DNA from: a virus
Reading direction: 5' to 3' (one strand)
IMG/VR virus record: IMGVR_UViG_3300046051_000019
Coordinates: 1 to 56,428 of that record
DNA length: 56,428 bases
Shown: positions 1 through 9,190 of the stretch, piece by piece
Layout: every line of letters starts with the position of its first letter
How positions within the stretch are numbered: position 1 is the first letter of the stretch
Position numbers and translations under genes: made by a program
Notes under the pieces: generated by a model
The model's input: the letters and a program-made list of their open reading frames with translations, nothing else
The model's database searches: none
Told to the model about the DNA's origin: nothing

Positions 1-55
1 CGTCGCATCTCTATCAGTTACAAACGTATATGTGGGCGATGGATTGCCCGGGTGA
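1..55. repeat. Terminal overlap: bases 1-55 are identical to 56374-56428
   Basis: Direct comparison of both ends (cgtcgcatctctatcagttacaaacgtatatgtgggcgatggattgcccgggtga). The unique unit is 56373 bp. Confidence 0.95.
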
Positions 56-272
56 GATCGCGTACATGACGCGTAACGAGCTCGACGAGATGGTGTTCGA
101 TTTCGAGCGTGATGGACAGGTCGAGCAAGACATCGAGATCCGCACCACGCGGCATCACGCGAATCTCCTCGATGACGAACCGCCGGACACCGATCCGGTC
201 ACGGATCGTCGATGTAAGTATTGCGAATGGCGGAGTGAATGCGAGTCACTGGGTGGGTCACGATGGGAGTAA
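3..272 (+). CDS. Cas4/RecB-like PD-(D/E)XK nuclease, C-terminal part. Same gene as 55887..56428, read across the junction.
   Basis: In frame with the ORF that runs off the 3' end. Ends with CKYCEWRSEC (C-x2-C-x5-C), as in the Cas4 Fe-S cluster. Confidence 0.75.
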   Translation, partial: SHLYQLQTYMWAMDCPGEIAYMTRNELDEMVFDFERDGQVEQDIEIRTTRHHANLLDDEPPDTDPVTDRRCKYCEWRSECESLGGSRWE

Positions 273-280
273 GATTTACA
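269..280 (+). promoter_or_regulatory. BRE/TATA-like box GTAAGATTTACA for the polB gene
   Basis: Centre lies about 27 nt upstream of the GTG start at 305, which implies a leaderless transcript. Confidence 0.45.
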
Positions 281-304
281 TACAGACAGAGGTAATACAG
301 TATC

Positions 305-2860
305 GTGCAACGCTACGATCTCCGCTACAGTACTCAACCGGAACTCGTGCTCGAAACGCTCGCGAAGAACGAGAACGGTGACAAGGAGATCGAGACGTTC
401 CACCCGCCGTGTCGCCCATATTGCTATGTCAAGACTGCGAGTGACGTCTCGACTGACAGGAAACGGTACCTCTCTGCACTCATCCAATCCGTTACGGACA
501 ACGATTGCAGGGTACGACGCGACGAGACGCATCGCCACGTGAACGGTGACTTCGAGTTATGGAAAGTCACAGCTGGGATCCCATGGGACATCCGAGATTT
601 CAAACACGGCTTCGAGTACGAGACGTTCGAAGCCGATATCCCGTACGCTCGGCGGGTCATGATAGACGAGGGCATCCAAGCCGATGTACCCGAACCCGAA
701 GACATACTCTACTTCGATATCGAGGTGGATCCGCGCGGCGAGTTCCCAGACCCAGAGGAAGCTACAAAGCAAATACTGTCCATCGCGTGGACCGATGGCG
801 TTGGGAGCGAAGGATTCATCTGTTACGACGACGAGGAGCGCGTGCTCAGGGAGTTCTTCGATCTTCTCGACGACTACTTCGTGCTCGCTGGATGGAACTC
901 GGAGACGTTCGATTGGATGTACGTGTTAAACCGGAAACAAATCCACGATATTTACTACGACGAGTTCGAGATCGTGCATCTCGACTTACAGTACTTATTC
1001 ATGCACGTCAACCGCGAGGAACGGCAATCGTTCGCGCTTGACGCAGTCGGTGAAGACGAGGTCGACATGACTAAAACGATGAGTGAAGAAGACCACGAGA
1101 TGGGCTACGAGGTCCTCTGGCACTGGTTCCAAACCGATCGCGAGACACTCGAAGAATACAACGTCGAGGACGCTCGTATTACAGCTGCTATCGACGAGAA
1201 ATACCGACTAACACGTATCGTGTTCCGGATCTGTCGACGCGGGTACACGCGACCCTCTACGTTGATGTACAACACCGATAGCGGTCAAGTCAACATGGCC
1301 GTGGGAAAAGCGTGTGACGGCGCGATACTCAACCACAACGACGAATCGTTCAACGACAAAGGCAAATATCGAGATCTACACGACTTCCCTGGAGGTCGCG
1401 TCTTCAAACCCATCCCAGGCACGTATAGCGACGTGATGACCGCTGATTTCAGTGGGATGTACCCGGCGATCATCAGGGATTTCAACGTCGGTGTCAAATC
1501 GTGGCTCGACACAAACGATATCACCGAAGCAGTCGAGACGGCGAATCAGCGATTCGACGAGGACGTCACGAAAACCGATATCATCACTGGTATCGGGCCG
1601 GAACCCGAAGACGCGTACGAGACCACGGGGCAACTCGACAACGTCGGTAAAGCTCGCGGATATTTCGTGAAACCCGGTATCGTGGAGTCAGAGATCGCGG
1701 GGTCACTCGACGGTATCGAGTCGCTACGTAAAGAATTCAAGTCGCTCAAGAAACAAGCGAGTAAAGGTTCAACGGAATGGCATCGCCGTAACAACCAAGA
1801 CCGTGGACTCAAAGTGCTCACGAACTCGATGTTCGGCGTCGCCGCGTCACCCGTTCACCGGTACTACGAGCCCGGGATGAGCGAGAACATCACGGAGATC
1901 GGTCAGCACCTCACGTCAGCGTGTAAGCTCTGGGCGGAGGAGAACCTCGAGGAAGTCGAGAAAGTAGTGTACGGGGACACGGACAGTGTACAATTCGAGC
2001 TCGTCGTCGAGAACACCGACGTGGACATGGACGGGTTCGACGAGTACGTCGCTGATTTCGTCGACGAAGTCGGGCCTGACAACGAGCTCGATCTCGATAT
2101 CAATGACCTCGAGGAGTGCTATCGGGCGCGGCGCGTCGCGCAACGAACCGCGTCGAAGCTCAACGACTTCGTCGTGACGTACGTTCGCGACGTGTTCAAC
2201 TCGCCTGGAGACCACATGGAGATGGATCTCGATGACGTGTGGAAACGGTACCACATCACGGATCGAAAGAAGAAGTACGCGGGTGACGTGGTGTACGACG
2301 ACGGTCCGTGCGCGTACCGTAAAATCAAGGGTTTCAAGTGTGTGAAAGCGAATACCTCTGACGCGATCGTCGATTTCCAGGAGGACTTGATCGACGCGAA
2401 GCTCAGTGGCGACGACACGACTGGGATCGTTAGAGAGTACAAAGACAAGTTATTCACGGGTCGATTCGACGAACAGATGGTCCAACATACTCGATTGAAC
2501 CAGATGCCAAACGAATACGAGACGATAATGGCTCATGCACGCGCGGCGAAGAAAATCATCGAGCGAGAAGGCGATCGCGGCGCCGTGAGGACGGGTGACA
2601 AGATAGCGTATCTCAAGTACGGTGACGACACTGGGCAAGTGATGCCGGTCGATAACGGGATCGAGGATTTCAGGCCGAACGAACAGTATTGCTCTACGTG
2701 TAGCGACGTCGTGTTCACGCCACACGGGCACGAGACCACTGGTGGCCCGCGGTTACGGCGGTCTCATTACGCGTACTTGTGGGCGAATCGATTCGAGCCC
2801 ACGATGGAGTTATTGCAAGTAACGTTGTTCGAGCAAACCGGGCTGGAGTCGTTTGCATGA
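305..2860 (+). CDS. polB: Family B DNA polymerase with 3'-5' exonuclease domain
   Basis: Exo motifs FDIEVD, GWNSETFDW and YNVEDA. Pol motifs A DFSGMYPAI, B KVLTNSMFG and C YGDTDS. Confidence 0.95.
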   Translation: MQRYDLRYSTQPELVLETLAKNENGDKEIETFHPPCRPYCYVKTASDVSTDRKRYLSALIQSVTDNDCRVRRDETHRHVNGDFELWKVTAGIPWDIRDFKHGFEYETFEADIPYARRVMIDEGIQADVPEPEDILYFDIEVDPRGEFPDPEEATKQILSIAWTDGVGSEGFICYDDEERVLREFFDLLDDYFVLAGWNSETFDWMYVLNRKQIHDIYYDEFEIVHLDLQYLFMHVNREERQSFALDAVGEDEVDMTKTMSEEDHEMGYEVLWHWFQTDRETLEEYNVEDARITAAIDEKYRLTRIVFRICRRGYTRPSTLMYNTDSGQVNMAVGKACDGAILNHNDESFNDKGKYRDLHDFPGGRVFKPIPGTYSDVMTADFSGMYPAIIRDFNVGVKSWLDTNDITEAVETANQRFDEDVTKTDIITGIGPEPEDAYETTGQLDNVGKARGYFVKPGIVESEIAGSLDGIESLRKEFKSLKKQASKGSTEWHRRNNQDRGLKVLTNSMFGVAASPVHRYYEPGMSENITEIGQHLTSACKLWAEENLEEVEKVVYGDTDSVQFELVVENTDVDMDGFDEYVADFVDEVGPDNELDLDINDLEECYRARRVAQRTASKLNDFVVTYVRDVFNSPGDHMEMDLDDVWKRYHITDRKKKYAGDVVYDDGPCAYRKIKGFKCVKANTSDAIVDFQEDLIDAKLSGDDTTGIVREYKDKLFTGRFDEQMVQHTRLNQMPNEYETIMAHARAAKKIIEREGDRGAVRTGDKIAYLKYGDDTGQVMPVDNGIEDFRPNEQYCSTCSDVVFTPHGHETTGGPRLRRSHYAYLWANRFEPTMELLQVTLFEQTGLESFA

Positions 2861-3507
2861 TAGTAATCGATACGCGTGAACCGGAGTCGATCACTGAACA
2901 GCTCAGGGAAGAAGCGAGCGACGTCGAAGTCACTGAGGAGCACCTCGATACGGGTGACTTCTTAGCCGGTAGCTATATCGTTGAGCGTAAGCAGTACGGG
3001 GATTTCATTGGTCGCATGACGAACTCGGAGCGCGACGTCTGGCAACAAGTACTCGCGATGGAATCAGCTGCTGACGAGCTCGGGTACACCCCGGTGTTGC
3101 TCCTCGAGGGCGAATGGGCTGAAGCGATGCGATGGTCGAGCTTGACACCGAAAGAACCGACGATGGCGATCGGTAGTATCATGAAACTCGGTATCAGCGT
3201 CGTGCACACGTATGGTCCACGAGCGTCGTGTCAATTACTGGTCAAGCTCGGTGATGACTCGTCGCACGACGTCGGTAGTATCCGGGACTCGCCATCAGTA
3301 CCGCCAGAGATGTACCCGAGGTATATGACTGAGGGGTTTGTTGGCGTCGGCACGGCGCGTGCCGAGGATATCCTGGACAGGTATAGCAGTTTCGCTAGCG
3401 TGGTTCGACAGTTACTCGAGGACCCTGAGGATCTCAAGGAGATACACGGTATCGGTGACGCCACCGTCGAGAAAATGGTCGATATGGTGACGCGGGAATG
3501 GGAGTGA
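2857..3507 (+). CDS. ERCC4 (XPF/Mus81/Hef-type) structure-specific nuclease with C-terminal HhH
   Basis: VIDTRE...GDF...ERK signature and IHGIGDATVEKM hairpin. ATGA overlap with the polB stop codon. Confidence 0.8.
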   Translation: MIVIDTREPESITEQLREEASDVEVTEEHLDTGDFLAGSYIVERKQYGDFIGRMTNSERDVWQQVLAMESAADELGYTPVLLLEGEWAEAMRWSSLTPKEPTMAIGSIMKLGISVVHTYGPRASCQLLVKLGDDSSHDVGSIRDSPSVPPEMYPRYMTEGFVGVGTARAEDILDRYSSFASVVRQLLEDPEDLKEIHGIGDATVEKMVDMVTREWE

Positions 3508-3508
3508 G

Positions 3509-3766
3509 CTACGCCGCGTCGACCTTTACGTCGGTCACGGTGCCGGTGAACGGGTGTCGCGAGCCAACTGAGAGGAGCTCTCGGTCATCAGTGACTTTCA
3601 TGTGCTGTCCGTCGCTCCGCTGGAACGTGATAACGGTGTCTGGCTCCGTTTGGACTCGCTCCACCGTGCCGCTCCGCGTCTGGTGCTCGTCGCTTCGAAC
3701 GGAGTCGTACGTGACGACGACGCGATCGGTTTCGTCGAGTCGAGCGCTGATGTGGATGAGTGCCAT
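3509..3766 (-). CDS. Hypothetical protein
   Basis: 85-aa ORF that starts 1 nt after the stop of the upstream minus-strand gene, suggesting an operon. Confidence 0.55.
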   Translation of the reverse strand: MALIHISARLDETDRVVVTYDSVRSDEHQTRSGTVERVQTEPDTVITFQRSDGQHMKVTDDRELLSVGSRHPFTGTVTDVKVDAA

Positions 3767-3767
3767 G

Positions 3768-3944
3768 TCAGTTCTCTCCGCAAGCGGCCATGTAGCGCAG
3801 CGTCGCAGTGATGAGCCCGTCGTAGCGCTCCGCGGCTGATTTCTGTTTTGCTGCGTCGAGACCGTCTTCGTGGATCACGGTGACCATGAATCGGATGTGG
3901 TACGTCTCGAATTCTTCGCCGTCAGCGAATGTGTGTGCGTTCAT
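3768..3944 (-). CDS. Hypothetical small acidic protein
   Basis: ATG at 3944 lies directly behind the conserved leader with a GGAGG box. The longer ORF to 4175 only translates the leader and promoter. Confidence 0.6.
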   Translation of the reverse strand: MNAHTFADGEEFETYHIRFMVTVIHEDGLDAAKQKSAAERYDGLITATLRYMAACGEN

Positions 3945-4005
3945 CGTTGGGACCTCCTTTCCATTTAGACTAATGGCCGGTATCACAATAAGTCTTTCTC
4001 TTACA
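3945..4005 (-). promoter_or_regulatory. Conserved promoter+leader cassette, copy 1
   Basis: Minus strand reads TGTAAGAGAAAGACTTATTGTGATACCGGCCATTAGTCTAAATGGAAAGGAGGTCCCAACG then ATG. Confidence 0.75.
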
Positions 4006-4020
4006 GATACACTTATTACC
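4006..4020 (+). promoter_or_regulatory. Divergent TATA-like box (ACACTTATTACC)
   Basis: Centre lies about 27 nt upstream of the GTG at 4042. Confidence 0.4.
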
Positions 4021-4041
4021 GTCCGGTCCAAACAAATCCAT

Positions 4042-4533
4042 GTGCAACTATTCGCGTTCCACAAAAACACCGCGCTGTGCGCGCAATGGCTCTGCGACAA
4101 ACACGTCGTCAAGATCCCGACCGAAGCAGTGCAAATCCTCAACACCGCGCTACACGTCAACGGGTGTGACGACACGTTCTACAAACCAACGCACACGCGA
4201 CACCCCATCGTGCAATGGACAGCTGACTCGTTGATGAACTGGCGCTGGGCTCGCTTGTACGCGTACGCCGTCGGTGGCGAGTACACGAATCGCTACGACA
4301 AATCGCACACGTCGACCCAAAAACTACGCGACTGGCGATACGGCACAGCGGCGCCGTACGAGTACTTCGACGACGTCCAGTTCACTCCGCCACCGCGTGC
4401 GTTTGATTACGAGTCCGATGCCGATTCAGTGTGGCTTGCGTATCGCGACTACTACCGCGACTACAAAATCGATGCGATGGACGTGCGTTACGATCGCGGT
4501 CGACAGGCTCCCGAGTGGCTGTTTGAGGACTAA
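4042..4533 (+). CDS. Conserved viral protein with an LCDKHVVK...YKPTH..HP motif. Possibly related to the pyrimidine-dimer DNA glycosylase fold; uncertain.
   Basis: N-terminus reads QLFAFHKNTALCAQWLCDKHVVKIPTEAVQIL...YKPTHTRHPIVQW. The GTG start is inferred from promoter spacing. Confidence 0.5.
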   Translation: MQLFAFHKNTALCAQWLCDKHVVKIPTEAVQILNTALHVNGCDDTFYKPTHTRHPIVQWTADSLMNWRWARLYAYAVGGEYTNRYDKSHTSTQKLRDWRYGTAAPYEYFDDVQFTPPPRAFDYESDADSVWLAYRDYYRDYKIDAMDVRYDRGRQAPEWLFED

Positions 4534-4550
4534 CGTTCACAAAGACAGAC

Positions 4551-4566
4551 AGAGAAAGTTTTATTG
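4551..4566 (+). promoter_or_regulatory. BRE/TATA box AGAGAAAGTTTTATTG
   Basis: Lies about 30 nt upstream of the ATG at 4593. Confidence 0.45.
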
Positions 4567-4592
4567 TCTATCCTGTCCAACTCGAAAACGCA

Positions 4593-5612
4593 ATGCCTGG
4601 ATACCAATTGGCGCATACGTTCGAAGGGCTAGCAGAGTTTCGTGAAACGTTGCCACAGTTGGCACACGCTTCATCGCATCCAGTCTACATCGATCTCGAT
4701 AGTCAATACGGTGAAGAGACGAGTAGTCTGTCTAACGCCGTGCAAGTTGAACATCAAGGTGTATACAATAACCGGGACGACAGGCTCGCGTACATCGGCA
4801 CCGACAAATACAGGATCACGCAACACGAAGAAGTACTACGCGTCATCGACGACGCCGTCGGGCAAACCGTTGGCGAGATCGACATCGGTCAAATCCGTGA
4901 CTTCGGTGAACGCATCGACGGCATGCTCACACTCGAAGGGCACAGCGTCGACGTCGAGGAACTCGTCGACGACGGCTACGTCCCACCAGAAGGCGAAGTC
5001 ATGACAGATCGAGCCGAGGAGTTCCAGGGTTTCGGTGAACACGACGGCACGGTGCGCGACGTCCTCGGCGTCGGTGTCAGGTTCGCTAACTCGTTCGACG
5101 CGTCAGAGCGGATCCGCGTCGAAACCATGGGATATCGCTACATCTGCCAGAACTGGATGGTCTGGGGCGAGGAAACCATCGGGGAGTTCACTCAGTTACA
5201 CATCGACGAGCTCAGTCAATCCGACGTCGAGACCTTGATCTTCGACGTGCTCGAACAACGATCCGAAGTCGAAGGGCTCATCGTGGACTCCATCCAGGAC
5301 GACGACTACCCGTTGACCTGGGCGATGCCAGCGCTCGACGACGCCGGGTTCGGCCCGAATTACCAGAAACGCATCCTCAAGAAACTCCGAGACTACGGCG
5401 CCGTCGACGACGAGTTCCGGCGCTGGGACTTGTACAACGCGGTCACGGAGTACCTCGACCACGACACGATGCAACTCGGCGACGACGGCGTGAACCCCAA
5501 CGTGTACGATCGTCACCAAGGACGAGCGATCCAGATCCTCATGGAAGAAATCGACTCGCCGAGCGACAACGCGCTCGACGCGTCCCAAGAGGCGCTCGAG
5601 GAACTCGCATGA
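4593..5612 (+). CDS. DUF932-like phage/plasmid protein
   Basis: Core RFANSFDASERIRVETMGYRYICQNWMV resembles the NSxDxS...R.xC.N signature of DUF932. Confidence 0.6.
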   Translation: MPGYQLAHTFEGLAEFRETLPQLAHASSHPVYIDLDSQYGEETSSLSNAVQVEHQGVYNNRDDRLAYIGTDKYRITQHEEVLRVIDDAVGQTVGEIDIGQIRDFGERIDGMLTLEGHSVDVEELVDDGYVPPEGEVMTDRAEEFQGFGEHDGTVRDVLGVGVRFANSFDASERIRVETMGYRYICQNWMVWGEETIGEFTQLHIDELSQSDVETLIFDVLEQRSEVEGLIVDSIQDDDYPLTWAMPALDDAGFGPNYQKRILKKLRDYGAVDDEFRRWDLYNAVTEYLDHDTMQLGDDGVNPNVYDRHQGRAIQILMEEIDSPSDNALDASQEALEELA

Positions 5613-5947
5613 CCCTTGACGGGGACGACTACAGGGCGTTTCTCGAGAAAGTCGGTGACGACGTCGCGGAAGAGTTCAACGAGGAGCTCTTCGGTCACGA
5701 CGCGCATCGACAGATCGAGCTCCCGGACTCGATCGCGAAAGTAGAGCTCCACCACTTATTGAGCGCGCTCATCACCGCTCACAACCACGCGAGTGATAAC
5801 GGTGATTTCTACGATTGCGTGATGTACCACGCGCTCATCACGGAGTTCGCGGAGCTCGACGAGGAACTGTACCGTGAATTCGAGGAAGCACAGAAACGCG
5901 ACCACTCGCTCACCGCGGTTCTCGGCATGGCTGGTGGGCAGGTATGA
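5609..5947 (+). CDS. Hypothetical protein
   Basis: ATGA coupling to the upstream gene. Acidic composition. Confidence 0.6.
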   Translation: MTLDGDDYRAFLEKVGDDVAEEFNEELFGHDAHRQIELPDSIAKVELHHLLSALITAHNHASDNGDFYDCVMYHALITEFAELDEELYREFEEAQKRDHSLTAVLGMAGGQV

Positions 5948-6405
5948 GCGACGACGACGTGTCGCTCGACGACTTCGATTTAACCGCTGGGATGGAATTC
6001 GACATCGACGTCGAGGACATCGAGGAGATGTCGAATCAGCTCCGGCAAGCAGAAGCGTTCGACGTCGAGGAAGCGAGCTCGGAGCGACTCGCAGAGTTCT
6101 CGAGTGCGCTCAAGGAACTCGCGGATCACGTCGAGGACGCTCGGAAAGACGTGTTCGAAGCGCAGCTCGACAAGCGAGTCGAGGTCGACGAAAACGTCGG
6201 ACCGTTGGTGAAGCGTCATGGCAGTCGACGATACGTCGAGAATCGTGAACGCGCGATCCGCGCGTTGGAAGCGAACGACATCGATCCAGTCGCCGCGATG
6301 AAGTTCAACGCGAAAGACCTCGAGGAGATACTTCGAGAACACGGTCTCGACCCACGCGAGCACGTGTCGACGACGGAGTACGAGTACTTCCGGAGGCGCC
6401 GCTGA
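5944..6405 (+). CDS. Hypothetical acidic protein
   Basis: ATGA coupling. 153 aa. Confidence 0.6.
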   Translation: MSDDDVSLDDFDLTAGMEFDIDVEDIEEMSNQLRQAEAFDVEEASSERLAEFSSALKELADHVEDARKDVFEAQLDKRVEVDENVGPLVKRHGSRRYVENRERAIRALEANDIDPVAAMKFNAKDLEEILREHGLDPREHVSTTEYEYFRRRR

Positions 6406-7052
6406 TGGCTCGGAGATCGGCTCGGTTCTTCGACTTGATGGAGAGGCTCGACTACGACCACCCGGATAACCCACCGGGGAATCGGTTCGGTCGTGTCAGG
6501 TGGGAGAAAACGGTACCGAAAGAAGCGATGGTCGAGATAGCTGGAAAACTCGGCATCGACACGAGTGGCGACAAGCCTGAACTCAGGCAACGTATCAGAG
6601 AGCACTCGCACTCGCACGGTAGCGAGAAATCACCGGAGTCGAAACTGTCAACGAATGACCTCTTACGCATCCGTCTGGCACTCAATCGAGCGCTGCGTCT
6701 CGATGCTAGCGAAGTCGACGTTTACGACGATTTGCCGAAGTGGGGCGGTAACCTCGTCGTCACGACTGAAGAGCACGACGAGCTCGAAGTCGAAGTCGTC
6801 GATAAAGGCAAAGCTAGTTGGAAGGACCATTGGGGCGACGAACCGAACTACAGTGAGTACGAGCTGTACAAACTCGCAGGGCGTCACTTCGAAGACGGCC
6901 GGCGTCATCGCGTGATGGTGCTTCACGACCTCGATTACGATCAGTTCAACTATCGTGGTTCGGTCGTGCTCGAGAAGCAAGTCGGCTATGGCCCGTATCA
7001 ACGCTGGAAGAAGCAGTGCTACGTTCGCGAGGTGATGGTCGATGACCAGTGA
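6405..7052 (+). CDS. Hypothetical protein with a possible SAP-like motif
   Basis: TGATG coupling. EAMVEIAGKLGIDTSGDKPELRQRI resembles a SAP helix-extended-helix. Confidence 0.55.
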   Translation: MARRSARFFDLMERLDYDHPDNPPGNRFGRVRWEKTVPKEAMVEIAGKLGIDTSGDKPELRQRIREHSHSHGSEKSPESKLSTNDLLRIRLALNRALRLDASEVDVYDDLPKWGGNLVVTTEEHDELEVEVVDKGKASWKDHWGDEPNYSEYELYKLAGRHFEDGRRHRVMVLHDLDYDQFNYRGSVVLEKQVGYGPYQRWKKQCYVREVMVDDQ

Positions 7053-7443
7053 CGCACTCCAAAACGGTTTTGACTGCGTTAGTTGCGGCGATGAAATCGC
7101 TGACATCGTACAGCTCGTCGAACACGAGTGCGACGAGGTCTTACACGTGGACGCGCTTGGCTCGAGCGAGATCTCGACGCTGCTCTACGTCGAGGCACGT
7201 GTCGTCGATGGCTACGCTGAGTTGGAAGAAGCCCGGATGAACCATGAAGACTGGCAGAACCTTAAGCTATTCGAAGTCGCTGGCATCCTTACGAGGGGCG
7301 AGACGAAACGAGCATCCAGTGACGACGTTCAGACGGAACACGCAGAGCGAGGCGAGATGGTGACACCAATCAAACGGTTCACTGAGGAAGCGTGGAGCCT
7401 AGCCGCTGGGTGTCGAAAGCTGCGCGGTCAGCGGAACTTGTAG
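7042..7443 (+). CDS. Hypothetical protein (N-terminal CxxC)
   Basis: 133-aa ORF that overlaps the upstream stop codon. Confidence 0.55.
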   Translation: MTSDALQNGFDCVSCGDEIADIVQLVEHECDEVLHVDALGSSEISTLLYVEARVVDGYAELEEARMNHEDWQNLKLFEVAGILTRGETKRASSDDVQTEHAERGEMVTPIKRFTEEAWSLAAGCRKLRGQRNL

Positions 7444-7479
7444 CACACGCTTTTCACTCTTCATGTGCTACTCTCTACC

Positions 7480-7749
7480 ATGGAGAGACCGGTCTGTACG
7501 AACGGTAACAGGCTTGACGAGTATCCGACACAGCGGCGTCAAGCGACGCGTATTGGCATCAACTTTCGCGGCTGGGTGGAGTACGCTAACGTCAAGGACG
7601 GCGTGGTGTACGAAGCGGTGTACCCGGTTCACGAAACAGAGTATTTCGCGGAGTTGAGACAGCACGATATGCTTGGTGAGACGATCGACGAGCACGTCGA
7701 GCGCTCTGAAGAGATCTTCGACGAGTGGAAACACGCAGAGATACAGTAA
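7480..7749 (+). CDS. Hypothetical protein
   Basis: ATG at 7480 lies about 27 nt after ACGCTTTTCACTC. The same box recurs at 26789. Confidence 0.5.
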   Translation: MERPVCTNGNRLDEYPTQRRQATRIGINFRGWVEYANVKDGVVYEAVYPVHETEYFAELRQHDMLGETIDEHVERSEEIFDEWKHAEIQ

Positions 7750-7750
7750 G

Positions 7751-7765
7751 GTTTTTTATCTTTCA
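7751..7765 (+). promoter_or_regulatory. T-rich TATA box (GTTTTTTATCTTTCA)
   Basis: Lies about 27-30 nt upstream of the ATGs at 7781 and 7787. Confidence 0.4.
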
Positions 7766-7786
7766 GTCTTTTATCTTTGTATGTGT

Positions 7787-7936
7787 ATGGCGTATCAATG
7801 CTCGGCACCGAACTGTGACAACGACGTCATCTTGGACGAGACACCGCATTGGACACTAACAGAAACGATTACACTCGAACGGTTTTGCAGTCACGGTTGC
7901 GCGAAAACGTATCTCGAACAAGTGATCCAGACATGA
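7787..7936 (+). CDS. Small zinc-binding protein (TRASH/FCS-like Cys pattern)
   Basis: MAYQCSAPNCDN...CSHGCAKTY. The start could also be 7781. Confidence 0.5.
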   Translation: MAYQCSAPNCDNDVILDETPHWTLTETITLERFCSHGCAKTYLEQVIQT

Positions 7937-8532
7937 CGCTCATCGTGCTCGAAGGCGCGAGCCGTAGCGGCAAATCAACGATCAGAGACCGGCTCGTCGA
8001 GCGACGTCCAAAATGGGTCACGTGGAAAGGCACTAATTTGATGCGTGAAGGGATCGGTGAGAGCTGGATCGATTACCGTGAGCGTTACCACGAAGCACTA
8101 CATCGGCTCTACGAGCTCAACCCGGAAAACGTTATCCTCGCGGATCGAGGGTTCACTGATTGCGTGTACAACTCCGACGAGCAAATCCGCGAGGAGTTCC
8201 GTCGCTTAGCGGCGTGTTACGGTGACGCGTACGTCTTGTACTTCTTCCCGGGTGATCTCCGATGGTCGAACCAGCGCTTCGACGAAACCGATTCCTCGGA
8301 GCGTCACGCTCACTTGGTGCACGAGTCTGAGGGTCGCGACGTCCTCTTCGAGCGCGGTACTCGAGATCAACCGAAGCTCAACCGCGTTCTTAATGAGTAC
8401 GAAGAGCTATTGTCGATGTTCCCGTATCAGCACATCGACACTGATGAACTCGACGTCGAGACGGCGACGAACGTCGCGGAGCAAGCGATACTGGACTGGT
8501 ACGGGACGGGTGAACACGACCCGGACGTGTGA
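7933..8532 (+). CDS. P-loop (deoxy)nucleoside-monophosphate kinase, thymidylate-kinase-like
   Basis: MTLIVLEGASRSGKST Walker A and an ADRGF motif. ATGA coupling. Confidence 0.65.
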   Translation: MTLIVLEGASRSGKSTIRDRLVERRPKWVTWKGTNLMREGIGESWIDYRERYHEALHRLYELNPENVILADRGFTDCVYNSDEQIREEFRRLAACYGDAYVLYFFPGDLRWSNQRFDETDSSERHAHLVHESEGRDVLFERGTRDQPKLNRVLNEYEELLSMFPYQHIDTDELDVETATNVAEQAILDWYGTGEHDPDV

Positions 8533-9101
8533 TGTCACGACGAATATACGAACTGTCGGCTGAAGCGCCGGACGCTGTCGAGGACATGCGACAGCTCCTT
8601 CAAGGGTTGCCTGTTGACACTGATGACATCACTGTGATTCACGTCAACGTCGAAGCGGAGCTCAACCCGGAGGACATCCTCGATTCACTGGAACAGGCGC
8701 AGCTCGACGAGTACGACGTAATCGAACAAACGGACGTAGAGTACGGTCCGGTGCCAGATTTCGAGCGTGACGAGCGACCTGGCACCGGTACGGTGTCGGG
8801 CGGAACGTATAGAGGCGCCATCCACGAGGACGCCGTGATGCCGGACACCAAGCACGCCACTGTGTTGCGTACGGTGAATGGTCGCTGGCTGACTAGCACT
8901 GAAGTTGCAGGTCAGATCGACGATTTGGACACCAACGCAGCCTCGGCGTATCTCAGCACTGCGTTTAAGGACCGTGGATACGTCAAGCGCCGTAGCGACG
9001 CGCCGTATGAATACACGTTGGACCAGGATGGTGAGTCTGCTCTCGCACTCGGTCAGGACTTGTACGAGCAGGAGCTGGAGGACGAAGAGGGGTTAGAGTA
9101 G
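8532..9101 (+). CDS. Hypothetical acidic protein with a probable C-terminal winged helix
   Basis: TGATG coupling. C-terminal TKHATVLRTVNGRWLTSTEVAGQI...YVKRR. Confidence 0.55.
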   Translation: MSRRIYELSAEAPDAVEDMRQLLQGLPVDTDDITVIHVNVEAELNPEDILDSLEQAQLDEYDVIEQTDVEYGPVPDFERDERPGTGTVSGGTYRGAIHEDAVMPDTKHATVLRTVNGRWLTSTEVAGQIDDLDTNAASAYLSTAFKDRGYVKRRSDAPYEYTLDQDGESALALGQDLYEQELEDEEGLE

Positions 9102-9125
9102 TCAAAAATACCCGTTCGTATAACA

Positions 9126-9190
9126 GTGAAAAAGTGAAAGACTTATTGTGATACCTGCCTAACATTCACGTGGACAGGAGGTCCCAACGC
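9126..9190 (+). promoter_or_regulatory. Conserved promoter+leader cassette, copy 2 (diverged middle)
   Basis: GTGAAAAAGTGAAAGACTTATTGTGATACC...GGACAGGAGGTCCCAACGC then ATG at 9191. Confidence 0.65.

Noticed and set aside
305-2860. Inteins or introns in polB, terL or the primase gene.
   Set aside because: The catalytic motifs are contiguous at normal spacing, and no Cys/Ser...HN splice-junction insertions are visible.
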